The notes under the pieces were generated by a model. That model worked only from the letters and a program-made list of their open reading frames with translations, searched no databases and was not told the origin of the DNA. From the NCBI GenBank assembly GCA_043228905.1, contig JBHGNT010000008.1:2914001-2978000 (forward strand): a stretch of 64,000 bases of DNA, given 5' to 3'. The stretch's first letter is position 1, and every line of letters begins with the position of its first letter. Below are positions 12,926 to 25,884 of the stretch, piece after piece. Position numbers and translations under genes: made by a program. This stretch comes from Azolla caroliniana (taxonomy: Eukaryota; Plantae; Polypodiophyta).

Positions 12926-14546
12926 GGGGATGCAAACAAATAAGAGAAACATGTCTCTCTTGCATCTCAATGAAAGATACTAGATTCAATGTTCTCACTA
13001 TATTGACCAGTGCATTAGTAAGACCAACAATTTTGCTTAAATCTTTAAATGGATCATTGTTCCTAACAAACAATAACGTTGTGATTTGAGTGGTAATGCA
13101 AACAAACAAAGAAGGCATCATCGAGATCCAAACCTAGGTAATAAGTTTTTGGATTCAGAGTTCCATTTGTAGATGACTATGTTACAAATGTATGAAATCA
13201 TTACCTTAGTTGAAATTAACCATAATTTAACATAAAATTGAATAACCATAAAAATGATAGAACTACCTTTTGAAAAGCAGGCATAATGAATTAGAAAAAA
13301 GATGTCAATGAATTCCTTTATATTACCAACCCTAAACAAACTAACTAAGAGTTTTCACCACTAACTTAAAAGATGTGCAATCATTACCTTATCATCGAGG
13401 CTGTAATTTGTTTGGGCAGTCATATTTGTGAATTATTTTATGCTCTTCATTCAAATCACTAGTTTATTAAACCTCTCTTTTGGTATTTTCACAAAAAACT
13501 TTTTGCCAACACAACCTTGAAAAACTTGTGGTACTAAACACTTATATTAATCTATTGAATTTCCGATTCATGGATGATATTTCCCTCAGAAAATAAATGA
13601 GGTCACATGTTTGGACGTTTCTCTTTGCTTAGGAAATAGAGGTTCATTGAACATGCAATGTAACTAGACAATGGAACATTGAAAGGAGTTGTGAACTTTA
13701 ACCCCAAAATTTAATTTTATGACGATGTCGTGTCTTCTTCTTCTTCTTTTCCAAAAAACACTACTTCGCATTAGTTAGCAAATAGAATACAACAAAATTT
13801 ACCTGAATCCACAATGGGATCAACATATACAACTCAGAGGAACAACTCCAAAACAGAAACAACAAAAACTCACACGACCCTACCTCCAACAAAGCTGAAA
13901 TAAACCCTATTTTACCCCAACTCTACATCTCCCAACTAACTCTTCATAGCAAAGTTATCCGGGTAACAGGACTATACTAACCCCATTGTGCTTCAACTAT
14001 ACATATGTATATAATTACAACCCATGTACAATATTGGGAGCCATCGGCGGAAACTACCACATAGGCACCTAGTAATTCCACTTAGGCCTCGATGAATATT
14101 TGACCATGCCATGTCTTATGTTGAGGAACCATAGTTTGAAGGCTTGTCCCTATGTTGATGCAAATAACACATGTCAAGATGTTCTAACAAAAGCATGTTA
14201 TACATTGATGTTTTTTTATTGTTTGGATAATATTCATGAACACTGTGTAAAAATTGCTGCATTTGAAAACTCATTGACTAAATTACAAAATTACGTATCA
14301 TATCAATGAAAATGGGCGAGAATTTATACATACAACCATAGAACGTAATATTCATGTTCGTGCAAGCATTCAAACGATTGAAAACGTTTGAAAACGAACA
14401 CATTTGAAAAGGGAAAAATATGTACTTCTTTTTTCTTTCTTTTTCTTCATGCATTTTATCACAAATTTAGGTCATCCTAGTGGTAACGAGATAGACTATT
14501 GTTGTCTATGTATTGGGTTTGAGTACCAATTTTCTCATCTCTCTCT

Positions 14547-14731
14547 TGTTAGTACCATAGCAAAATTTTATATTAGTTTTTCCATTTTTTTTTCATTTTT
14601 TTTATTAGAAATAAGCTTAACCTAGTGGTAAGTTGCCATGTTAGTACCATAGCAAAATTTTATATTAGTTTTTCCATTTTTTTTTCATTTTTTTTATTAG
14701 AAATAAGCTTAACCTAGTGGTAAGTTGCCAT
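14547..14731. repeat. Tandem duplication of ~92 bp containing a SINE-like head
   Basis: gttagtaccatagcaaaatttt...cctagtggtaagttgccat occurs twice back to back. Confidence 0.85.
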
Positions 14732-16172
14732 GTTACTATTGCTCGTGTCTTGAGTTAAATTCCCAACTTTCACATATCCTCTTGTTAGTGTCATGTTACT
14801 TTTCTTTTTCTTTGTTTGTTATTAGAAATTAGCTCACCCTAATGGTAAATTGTTATTCTACTACTGCCTATGTCATGTTTTCTTCATATTCTCAAATATA
14901 TGTTTTATGAGTTTTTGATCGTTTCTTTTTTCTTCTTTTTCTTTCTTTCTTTGTTATTAGAAATTTGCCTATGTCATGTTTTCTTCATATTCTCGAATGT
15001 ACGTTTTATGGGTTTTTGAACATTTGATTATAATTTATAATGACATATTTTGATTCAATCTCTATAGTTCATACTCCTTTTTTTGTAAAGTTCTAAAGTG
15101 AGGATGATAGAGATGTCTTGATTCTTACGAAGCATCCCAAAAGTATGCATGTGATACAATGCAAATATTGCAACCATACTTATGTTGGTGGTTCACAATG
15201 GATTAGAGTCCACTTATTAGGATTGAGAGTGAATCAATATATAATATAGACCATAGTCAATCCAATCCAACTTTGAGATGATTTACCATACATGTTTGAT
15301 TGAATCATTCTCGAATGTGAATGCACATATGATACGTATGGTTCATTCTATGCATACAACCATATTGATTGTTCTTTTCTTTCTTACTTTCTTAGGTGAG
15401 GATTTTGGCCAAAATGATGACCGCGAGTTCTTTGTTAATTACCATTTCCCATGCACCATTAGTGTGGAATGTGCACCCATTTTAGTGATTTATCTTACCC
15501 ATTTTTTATGACCAATCATTTCAACTTTTTCAAGTGAACGTTGGCCAAAAGACCAAAAAGCCCATCAAAACATTTGCACCAAGCATCTCATTCAACACGC
15601 GAACAATATAGACTAACGTTACTATTTATCATACACATTTATTTATGCCCTTATTTCTTATCACATCGAGGACGTGTCAAGTGGAATACAAAGAATTGGC
15701 ATGCGAACCTATTGTATAGTGAGTTTAAAGTGTGAATGAGGAAGAACAAATGTGAGGTTTGATTACGTTATTCAATCTTCTTTGTAACCGACATGTTCGA
15801 ATTTGGACTTTCCGACACAAGCGATTAATAATCAGAATGATTGACGCGAGCTTCATTATTGTGGCTTTGCGTATTGAAGGCATTACGTACACATGCACAT
15901 TGAGGATTCAACTCTATGTATTCAAATCAAAGTAAGGAGAGAAGTTTTGGAAACTTTATGCTAAAACAAACACTATAAAATGCAACAAAGTAAAGGACAT
16001 ATGTCATCAACTTTATGTGTATGGTGCGAAACACACAATAAAGTTAGGTGCACATACACAAGAGAAAAACCCACCATAGCCAAATACCTTAGTAATGTAA
16101 CTAGCTTAGTCTTCAAAAGGAAACCCACCGATTCCAAAAACCTTGGATATATTTTCTTGAAGACACCCAACA

Positions 16173-18384
16173 ATGGAAACTACAATCAAACCACAAAAGC
16201 CGAGAGCCCATTCTCTGGTGCATCGGCTCAACAAAAGTGTGGAGAAAAGCATCGTGGGTCGATACTTCAAGTTACAAGAGAGAAATACCCATTTCACACA
16301 AGAGGTTCGAGCCGGCACGACCACGTTTCTCACCATGGCATACATATTAGCCGTGAATTCGAGCATCCTTACGGAATCTGGTGGCACTTGCAAAGTCTCC
16401 GATTGTACACCATCTTGCAACATACCTTCGATCTCACCTTCAGATTGTAACAACAACAACAACAATAGTACTACTTCGGATTTATACCTTGTTTATCCCG
16501 GAAATGAGTGCAAATTTGACCCTATTAACATAGGTTACCAAAGTTGCTTAGATGAACTAAAAAAGGATCTCATTGTTGCCACCATTGTCTCATCCCTTGT
16601 GGGCTGTGTTATCATGGGTCTATTTGCTAACCTCCCCCTAGCCCTTGCCCCTGGCATGGGGACCAATTCATATTTTGCTTACACTGTTGTTGGTTTCCAT
16701 GGATCCGGTGGCATATCCTACGAGAGCGCGCTAGCGGCCATCTTTATCGAAGGCTTTATCTTCCTTCTTATCGCGGCAGTCGGTTTACGTAGTCATTTGG
16801 CCAGATCTGTCCCGAAAACAATCCGGATCGCCACATCGGCCGGAATTGGGCTCTACCTAGCTTTCATTGGCCTTCAGTCAAGTGAAGGCATTGGTCTCAT
16901 CGGGTTTAGCCCTTCCACACTTCTCACCCTCGGGGGTTGCCGAGGTAATAATCATTGTTGCTCATCATAAGTAAGTAACCATAGCACGCAAGCTCAACAT
17001 AAGGGGGGTTTTATAGTCATAATTTACTTAACAAATGGATACCATTGGAAGGGGTTCACATATAGTTAATAGGTGAAGGGATCATTTTATTCATGCGAAA
17101 TATTGAAAGATCAATAACGGATTATATACATAGGGCCTTGAATGCATATATGGTATAGAGGGTTTTCTTGGAAGCTAAGGTCTCAATGAAAACATTGTCA
17201 TTAGAAACTTATCGTCGAGAAGCCACACTCCGTAAAATCCGGGTTTAATTTTAATGTAGAGATTTTTTTAACCTAAGCCGGTCATTAGAAACTTATCGTC
17301 GATAATCCACACTCCGTAAAATCCGAGTTTAATTTTAATGTAGAGAGTTTTTTAACCTAAGCCAGACTTCGTGCCATGATGATTGACAGAAAGTGTCTCC
17401 GTGGCTCCGGTTATCACAACTGCCAATGGCACCACTATGCTCATGCCTGGCGGTACGGTCTCTAATAGTGTGTTATGCCTACGGGGCCGTATGGAGAGCC
17501 CAACAATGTGGCTCGGCCTCCTTGGCTTTGTCATAATTGGGTATGCCCTTATCAAGAACATAAAAGGAGCCATGATATATGGCATAGTGTTTGTCACCGC
17601 GGTTTCATGGTTCCGAGGCACTAAGGTAACCTTCTTCCCGTACACGACCAGTGGGGATGCATTATTCGATTACTTCAAGAAAGTGGTGGATGTCCACACG
17701 ATCAAGAAGACGGCCGGAGCTCTTAGCTTCAAGCACTTCAAGGAAGGACAACTTTGGATAGCTCTAGTGACATTCTTGTATGTCGATATACTCGAGACCA
17801 CGGGAACTCTCTATTCAATGGCGAAGTTTGGAGGATTTATGCAAGAGAATGGGGAGTTCGAAGGTCAATATTTTGCTTTCATGAGCGATGCAATGGCGAT
17901 CATAATAGGGGCTACTCTCGGCACTTCCTCGGTAACAACATATCTCGAGTCGGCCACGGGGATAAAGGAAGGAGGGAGAACTGGCCTTACATCCATCATT
18001 GTGGCATTCTACTTTTTCATATCTTTTTTCTTCACTCCGTTGCTATCGTCCATCCCGGCATGGGCAATAGGACCACCACTTATCCTCGTGGGCGCCCTTA
18101 TGATGAAGTCGGTACAAGAGATCGAGTGGGAAGATATGAGAGAAGCTATCCCCGCGTTCGTTACCATCATTCTCATGCCACTCACTTACTCAATCTCTTA
18201 TGGGTTGATCGGAGGTATCGGGACTTACATTGCACTTCATCTTTGGGATTGGGGAACTTTGGGGTACAAGAGGGTATGGGAAAAGTCCTCCCCAATCGAC
18301 AAGGATGGCTTGGAATTGCACCGGAGAGGTGCAATAGAAAGCGAAGGACGGGAAGACAACATACTAAGCATTGGTGGGGCATAA
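16173..18384 (+). CDS. AZG1: AZG-family adenine/guanine (cytokinin) permease; exons 16173-16944 and 17390-18384, ~588 aa
   Basis: Motifs [68 protein letters not shown] phase-1 GT-AG intron (16945-17389) joins TLGGCR|[10 protein letters not shown] in frame. AZG1 versus AZG2 assignment is tentative. Confidence 0.93.
17197..17364. repeat. Two tandem 84-bp copies inside the AZG intron
   Basis: gtcattagaaacttatcgtcga...aacctaagcc starts at 17197 and at 17281. Confidence 0.9.
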
Positions 18385-19317
18385 ATGATCATATGCTTCA
18401 TTTTGGTGGTCAATTGGATAGATTAAATGCATTTCATCTATGCATACACTTTTGGATAAAGAAAAATGTTTTGATATTGGAAAGATGCCCGAAAGGATAT
18501 TGTTCCAGAGCATTCAAAGTATGCTGAAATATGTATTAATTGGTTTCAGTTGGATAGAGAGAACAAGGCTTGGAAAATCATTCGTAGGTGTAATGAATGA
18601 TTTTGTATAATTCTTAAGCAACTACAAGTCTACAATGGAAACCTTTTGTTATTCCTAAGCTATAAGGGAGGTCTCCAACAATTGTAGTCCATTGGAGCAA
18701 ACATTCTAGACACTAGTGGTTCAACCACTAAGTTAGAATCTATTGCACTGGTAAAAATTTATCAAAGGCCAACAACAATTACTCAATATGACAATGAGAG
18801 GCCTTTGGAATGATTTATTGTGTTAACAAGTTTCGCTACTACTTGTTGGGACATGAATTGTCTTTCCACTTTGACCACTTTGTGCTCTCAATGGAAAACT
18901 TACAAAATGGAGGTTAATCCTCTAGGAGTTCTTGTTCACTATTTTTCACATGCCCATCCAACAATTTAAATATCTGAGTTTGTTGACATCAAATAATTAT
19001 ATAGTCCTTCTAGATTAGGCACTCTTTACACAATTATTTTCCCCACAAACATTCAAACAAGTTTGGATATACACTTTCTGCAACTCAAATAACAATAATA
19101 CATTCACACTACATTGTAGAACTATTGCGAAAATCCAATTATTTTACTAGCTTGGTTCTTGAATATTGGAAATGGGTTAACTAGGGATCATTCGGGTATT
19201 ACAAGGGCTTCTACTTGTTGTGCCAACAAAGATGAAGAAAATCTTGCCCTGGGTGAGGTAAAGGCGATAAGGACCCTCTACTTCAAGTGTCACATTGTTT
19301 TCATTTGATTTGTTACC

Positions 19318-19748
19318 ACACCTTTAATAAACCAAACCAATTTGAGACACCTTAGTATTTGCTATTATGAACACCATCTTTAACGAACCAAACCTATTTG
19401 AGACACCTTAGTATTTGCTATTATGAACACCAACCATCTTTAAGGAACCAAACCAATTTGAGACACCTTAGTATTTGCTATTATGAACACCATCTTTAAC
19501 GAACCAAACCAATTTGAGACACCTTAGTATTTGCTATTATGAACACCAACCATCTTTAACAAACCAAACCAATTTGAGACACCTTAGTATTTGCTATTAT
19601 GAACACCATCTTTAACAAACCAAACCAAACCAATTTGAGACACCTTAGTATTTGCTATTATGAACACCATCTTTAACAAAACAAACTAATTTGAGACAAA
19701 ATATTTGCTATTATGAACACCAACTTTAACAAATCAAACCAAATTTGA
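19318..19748. repeat. Minisatellite, ~57-62 bp unit, about 7.5 copies
   Basis: Unit catctttaacgaaccaaaccaatttgagacaccttagtatttgctattatgaacac, with small indels and degenerate end copies. Confidence 0.95.
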
Positions 19749-19851
19749 GTTTCTTCAATTAAGGGAGCTTGATGAAGCAAAAGGAGATGCAATTCAAGAG
19801 ACAATGAGAGATGCTCCAAGGAAAGAGAGATAAAGTAGGGATGATCATGAA

Positions 19852-20958
19852 CTAACTGGCGAGGAAGGCCGAGAGCTCCTCGAGGAAGGGGCCAACATTT
19901 TCCGAGTCGGGGTGTTTTAGATGAAAGACATGGTCTTCGTCGGGCGAGAGGAAGAGCTTCGACTCTTTACCGGCATCGCGAAGCGCCACATGGTACCTCT
20001 CCCCTCTCCCTTTGAGATAATCTCTCCCGGCGATCGCGACGAGCGATGGTGGGAGCTCCGCTCGCTCCAAGATCTGGGCCCCTCGTCCCACGAGGGGGTT
20101 CCGGAACCTTCCCCCCTCCCTCGCACCGCTTAGCTCCCATAGCTTCGCCTCGACCACCTCCCATGGGTTGTCCTCCTCCTCCAATACACACGTAAAGAAA
20201 GGATGGATATAAATCAACCCTTTCAACCCTAACCCTAACCCTATCTTTCCTCCATCTTCTTGTTCTTCTTCCTCCTCCTTGAACTCTACTCCTAATACCG
20301 CTCTCAACGCCACATGGTGGACGATGTTCGCCCCCGCGCTATCGCCTCCAAGGAAGCACCGCGAGAAGTCAGCATGCTTCGCGAGCCATGGATCCAACAC
20401 GGCTATAGAAGAAGAAGAAGAAGAAGAAGAAGAAGAAACCGATGACGCTAATTTGGCTTGTTCGTCGAGCCATAGGAGGGCTTCGAAGCAATCGTGGTAG
20501 GCGGCGGGCAACGGGTTTTCGGGCGCGTGGCGATAGTCGACCGACACGATGATCACCTCGGCTCGTAAGGAGAGCTTGCAATAGAATCCGTGATCCGACG
20601 GGAGCTTCGTGCTCCCGCCGATGAACCCGCCGCCATGGAAATAGAGGAGAATTGGGAGCTTCCGAGGCCCGCCCCCGTCTACTTTAGTAATCCTACCGGT
20701 GTCCGGACTCGGCACGCTTTGTCCGCTCTTTGGATCGGTATCACTTTCGTGACATTCGTGCGGGAGGTAGATACGAGCAAACGTCCCATGGACGGGGTTG
20801 AGAGGGATGTCTCTTGTCGAGACGGGCTTCCCGGAAGGCAATGCTGGGAGAAGCCCTAGATTCTCCGAAGTATTCCGATGGAAGCTTCCATCACGCCCCA
20901 AGGAATAGTTGAAGGAGCTGAACAACACCACATCCTCACCACCAGCATTGGTTGCCAT
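19852..20958 (-). CDS. Carboxylesterase (CXE, alpha/beta hydrolase_3 / HSL-like), intronless, 368 aa
   Basis: KLPILLYFHGGGF, VSVDYRHAPENPLPAAYHD, GDSAGANI (Ser), GRDYL (Asp), EDHVF (His). First ATG is at 20958; the ORF track starts at the GTG at 20961. Confidence 0.93.
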   Translation of the reverse strand: MATNAGGEDVVLFSSFNYSLGRDGSFHRNTSENLGLLPALPSGKPVSTRDIPLNPVHGTFARIYLPHECHESDTDPKSGQSVPSPDTGRITKVDGGGPRKLPILLYFHGGGFIGGSTKLPSDHGFYCKLSLRAEVIIVSVDYRHAPENPLPAAYHDCFEALLWLDEQAKLASSVSSSSSSSSSSIAVLDPWLAKHADFSRCFLGGDSAGANIVHHVALRAVLGVEFKEEEEEQEDGGKIGLGLGLKGLIYIHPFFTCVLEEEDNPWEVVEAKLWELSGAREGGRFRNPLVGRGAQILERAELPPSLVAIAGRDYLKGRGERYHVALRDAGKESKLFLSPDEDHVFHLKHPDSENVGPFLEELSAFLAS

Positions 20959-21134
20959 CACACCTCCTTTTCTTGCTTCTTTTCACAACAAAATGAGAGG
21001 AGAATGTGACCTCTCACTGACCATTTTATTGCCACTCTTTCCTCTACTTGGCTTGTAAAAGTTTTGTATTAGTTGAAGGTCTCTTGGTGAAGGTCTCTTG
21101 GTAAATTCTACTAGCATCTTGGGTCTACATGTAT

Positions 21135-21500
21135 GAGAAGTCTTCAATTTTCACACATAGATACTTTGTGTGTGAAGTTTTCTAGTGGCCCTACAACATC
21201 TTTGGTATCAAAAACTATTCTTGGTCCCTCAAAAAGGCTTCGATTTTCACACATAGCCACCTAGTTTGAGAAATATCCTAATGGCACTAGAACTTCTCTG
21301 GTATGAGATGGCTCTTGGTTCCACGGGAAGTCTTCAATTTTCACACACACCCCCTTCGTGTGACCCTGGTGTGAGAGATATTCTAATGGCACTAGAACTT
21401 CTCTAGTATGAGATGGCCCATGGCTCTTGGTTCCAAGAGAAGTCTTCAATTGTCACAAGGTGACACTTAGTGTGAGAAATATTCTAGTGGCATTAGAGCT
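21135..21500. repeat. Degenerate ~100-115 bp tandem units upstream of the CXE gene
   Basis: gaagtcttcaattttcacaca-like and ctaatggcactagaacttctct-like blocks recur several times. Confidence 0.7.
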
Positions 21501-22492
21501 TTTGTCATATTAGTCTTTGTTTTATAGTATTTTCTTCATATCAAAACTTTGTATTTTAGTTTATTTCTAGATTGAGTAAAACTCTTAATTGTGTTTGTGT
21601 TTGTGTGTGTGTGTGTTTCTTAGAAAAAGTAGTTTTTTATTGCAATTTTCTTTATCACAAAGCATCGTGTTCCTCATATTAAATTCATAGTAATTTTGAT
21701 ACAAAAATATTTCAATTAATCCACTACAACACAATTAACAAATCGTTTATCCCTCATGAATCTATTAATATATCAAATTTCATATCCTAGTCGAAGAAGC
21801 TTAGCAAAGGAACGGGTCTAGAGCAAAGGTCATTCATTGAACATTCATCCCTTAATAATATCAGTTCACCACATTTGGCCCATGAGAAGTTGGGCATTTT
21901 GAAGAAAGTCGCGTATAATAAACAATATATTCTTTCCTTTGTGCCAATATCATAATTTTGGTTGTCATTACTATTGTACCCCATATTTTGTATGTGTACT
22001 AGACCCAAAAGTTAATGTTAGAATAAATATTAGCTTTCTTTTTTTACCATCACGTAAAATTGATATCCGACATGTGCTTGAGCTTTAAAGTGTACAACAA
22101 GATCGTTCCTTGAGACCACGGAAACTATTTGCTCATGTATTGCGTTAAGCACAATATTCATCTTTTCTTATTATTGGAATCATGGAGATGATAAAGGTTA
22201 TCCATCTTTTCTACTCTTGGAGTCATTGAGAATCGAGATAATAAAGGTCTTCCCTCGTTAAACCAATGCATTTTTTTGGTTGTTTGAGCCATTATGACTA
22301 TAGAAGGTCTTTCCTAGAGCATAACATGACATTATTTTATTTTATTTTGGAAAAAAAAAAACATGACATTTTAATCTCAACACAAAATATGATAATTGGT
22401 TTCTTGCACGCTTGAGCAACATGTCCTTGTTACATGGTTGAATTCATATTTCTATGTTGAAGTATTTGATGGGATGTTATACCAATCTTGAC

Positions 22493-23049
22493 CTTCATAA
22501 AGGTATTTCAAGTTTACAAAATCACTCTAACATCAAAACTTCATAAAGGTATTTCAAGTTTACAAAATCACTCTAACATCAAAACTTCATAAAGGTATTT
22601 CAAGTTTACAAAATCACTCTAACATCAAAACTTCATAAAGGTATTTCAAGTTTACAAAATCACTCTAACATCAAAACTTCATAAAGGTATTTCAAGTTTA
22701 CAAAATCACTCTAACATCAAAACTTCATAAAGGTATTTCAAGTTTACAAAATCACTCTAACATCAAAACTTCATAAAGGTATTTCAAGTTTACAAAATCA
22801 CTCTAACATCAAAACTTCATAAAGGTATTTCAAGTTTACAAAATCACTCTAACATCAAAACTTCATAAAGGTATTTCAAGTTTACAAAATCACTCTAACA
22901 TCAAAACTTCATAAAGGTATTTCAAGTTTACAAAATCACTCTAACATCAAAACTTCATAAAGGTATTTCAAGTTTACAAAATCACTCTAACATCAAAACT
23001 TCATAAAGGTATTTCAAGTTTACAAAATCACTCTAACATCAAAACTTCA
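22493..23049. repeat. Perfect tandem array, 46 bp x 12
   Basis: Unit cttcataaaggtatttcaagtttacaaaatcactctaacatcaaaa repeated 12 times with no spacers and no variants that I could see. Confidence 0.98.
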
Positions 23050-23987
23050 AAGGAAACATTGAACTAAATTGGGGTAAGATGGCTTTCATAATTGAGCTCT
23101 AGTATTCCATTGTTTTTTGGTTCTTGAATCATTAAAGATCTTGTGATGGTCTTAGTCATTGTTTGCATGTTGTCAACTTCAAACCTCGAATGACAATTTA
23201 TCTCTTGAATAACTCCAGTTTTGCATATTGACATTGTCGTGATGTGACGTGCCCAAAGGTGGAAAGTAGGAATGCCTCCTTTGCTCTATGCTATATACCA
23301 CTTGTTCTTCTTCTGTTGATTGTAGGAGGACTCAATCTGGAAGGCTAGCATTTCTTGCTTTGCCTTCTTCTTGTGCTCTTTGTGGTGCCTTAATTTGTAA
23401 CTCTCGATCAACCAATGCACACTTTTGCTCGCTAATGCTTTGATCTCCTAAAATAGGTTGGTAGTTTCTCCAAGATCAAGCTCCTTCTTGGGCTTTTGAG
23501 TTGTCTTCAGTGGCAAATCTAAGGAGGATGTTGGAAGTAGGATCAAGTGATAGCCCGTGCACTTTCTAGGGCTAGTTCCTTCAAATGCCATAGATGCCCT
23601 TTCTCTATTTGAGTTGTTAGCACACCCTTTTATACACAATAACATGTATGCGAGAAGGGACTAAAAATTCCATATACATAACTCACTTGATACAATTACG
23701 TGTTTCAACTAGAGACCATAAAGACAACATGTGAAGAGTTACAGGGTCAGTTGTTTCTCTCACTTCATGATATTATATAAAGGATATGCTCTCCTCACCA
23801 ATCATTTTATCATATCATAAATGGTGCGTGACCTTGAGAAAGTCTTTTGATAAATAAATATATCATATTGTGTGTCTTAACTTTATTTATCCTTGTCCTC
23901 CTAGTTGTCCTTATGGAGTTATTGATAATGGTTATTTGACAAAGGACTTTAAAAGAATAATATCTTGTGAGATAGCAGAGAAGGTAA

Positions 23988-24299
23988 CTAGAAATGGCAA
24001 TATACCTAGTCAGCTCCCCATTAAAAGAAAAATGAAAATTTATGGGAGTCGAGGTTTATGTTTGCATATTGTTTTTATTTGAAATAGCCCCTAGAAACAC
24101 ATGTAGTATGTTGAGAGCTCAAATATAGCCTATTGCATCCATCTTTGAGAGTTCACATCTAGTCTCCTACACTCACCTTGGTCATTGGAAATAGCAATAT
24201 ACTGAGTTATCTCCCATCAAAAGAAGAATGAAACTCTATGGGAGTTGAGGCTCATCTTTGCATAATGATTTTATTTGTAATATCCCGTAGAAACACATG
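23988..24299. repeat. Diverged direct repeat (~115 bp, two copies at ~23990 and ~24187)
   Basis: gaaat(g/a)gcaatatac...tcccat...aaaagaa...atgggagt...tagaaacacatg occurs twice. Confidence 0.7.
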
Positions 24300-25789
24300 A
24301 GAATGAGCAAGAGAATTAGTACGAAAAATTAGGAATTTCGGAGAGGAAAATAGCAAAAACACATTAGAGGGAGAACCAATAATATAATTAATGATACACT
24401 GTGGATATTTGACAAGAACGATAAGAGAGACAAGTGAGCACTATGTTAAGCCTACAAGTATTGAGAAAGGACTTTAAATATCATGTTTGGGTATGTTTTT
24501 TTTTCCCAAAAAGGAACTACTTTCCCATTAGTAAGGCGAGATTTTTACAGAAAGACTATACAAGATGGCATGTTTGCCATTTGGGTATGTTTTAATTGAG
24601 ATGCCAGATATGATCTATGGGACTCATAAATAATAAAAACGATATATCCAAAAGGAATGGAATCTTGTCATCTTATTATCTATAGGAGTCTATATTCATG
24701 CTTGTGATAGTGTCTTCTACTAAGTCTTGCTAGTTTACTAGAGGCGTTTATAACTTGAATGTGAAAATGGCAAAGTGTGACTTTAATGGTATACTTCTAG
24801 ACCCCCCTTTCTAGTGTAAACATTGTTTACAAATACAATTCATGCCCTGATCATAAAAATAATTTATAGACACATTCAAAGTTGTCATATTTTCATCTTT
24901 GAAGTTCTTGTGACCTCCATAGTCAAAGACCCACATGGTCCCAATCGAGTAGCACATGCACGCACGTTTTTACGACAACGTATATAATAATGTGATGTGT
25001 TGAAAATAAGCTTTTCTCTCTCAATATCAAAAAATCATTCACAATGTTTTATTTTGTAAATAAAGGTAGAACTTTTCCAAACCCAAAACATTGAAGGAAT
25101 TATAGAGTTTTCTTTGTTATTGAAGAATTATCAGAGAACCATGAAGTTGTCGAAATTATCCCACTTGGCAATCGCATTGACAATGACCTTGGGATCTCCC
25201 TTGGATATAGTGAACTTAAGAATTCATGTGCCAACACACAAAGGTGATATAATATGATAATCTGTAACATCGAGATGGTTGAATGTGGACTTGAGGAAGC
25301 TGATTTCCTGTTTTTTTATCAAGATGAGTGACAATGGTGTGGGGGTTGGTTATCTAAACCAAATTCTTGTGGAGGGAGAGTGATTGCATTTCATTCATTG
25401 GGACTTCCAAAAGTTTGCAAAAAGAAAGAAAAAATTGTATTGACAACTTCGATTGGAAAAATGTTGCTCAATATGCTTATGGCTTCGCTACCTTAGGTCA
25501 TCAATTATTCTCCTTGAGCCTGTCAGATATTCCCAAGGATTGATTCACACGGCAGTATAGCATATGCTCTGATGGATATGTATCAAAATATCGGAGATGC
25601 ATTGGCATCACAATATGGTGGATATAATGCTCATAATATTGTTTTTCTTGAGACATATGGAAGGGAAACTCTCACTTTGGGAGTTGGATTTTCATTGTTC
25701 TTTACATGTTGGGAGTAATGCTGATGATTCACATGCATATATGCTTGGTATAAGAAGTATATTTTGTTTTGGAAAAAAATAAATAAATA

Positions 25790-25884
25790 AAATTGTAAGC
25801 TTTTGGGCAGACAAGCTCAAGTTGTAGCTTTCAAGTGTTTTTCGTTAATACTATTGAAGAAAATCTTTGAAGGCAAAAAAAAAG
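25790..25884 (+). mobile_element. Extremely 5'-truncated copy of the L1-like 3' end with poly(A)
   Basis: aaattgtaagcttttgggca...aaaatctttgaaggcaaaaaaaaa matches 12835-12925. Confidence 0.7.

Noticed and set aside
17754-18527. 257-aa overlapping ORF in an alternative frame of AZG (also 15980-16450)
   Set aside because: Non-ATG start for the 257-aa ORF, no recognisable motifs, and both are explained as shadows of the AZG coding sequence.
19318-19748. Possible CRISPR-like repeat-spacer array
   Set aside because: The whole unit repeats and variation is only small indels, so it is a minisatellite.
20225-20243. Interstitial telomere (TTAGGG)3
   Set aside because: Only three units, in frame within the CXE CDS (GLGLGL).
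19852-20958. GID1 gibberellin receptor
   Set aside because: It has HGGG and GDSAG, retains the catalytic His, and lacks the GID1 N-terminal lid motif, so CXE fits better.
22493-23049. Possible CRISPR array
   Set aside because: Units are contiguous and identical with no unique spacers; no cas genes; eukaryotic context.
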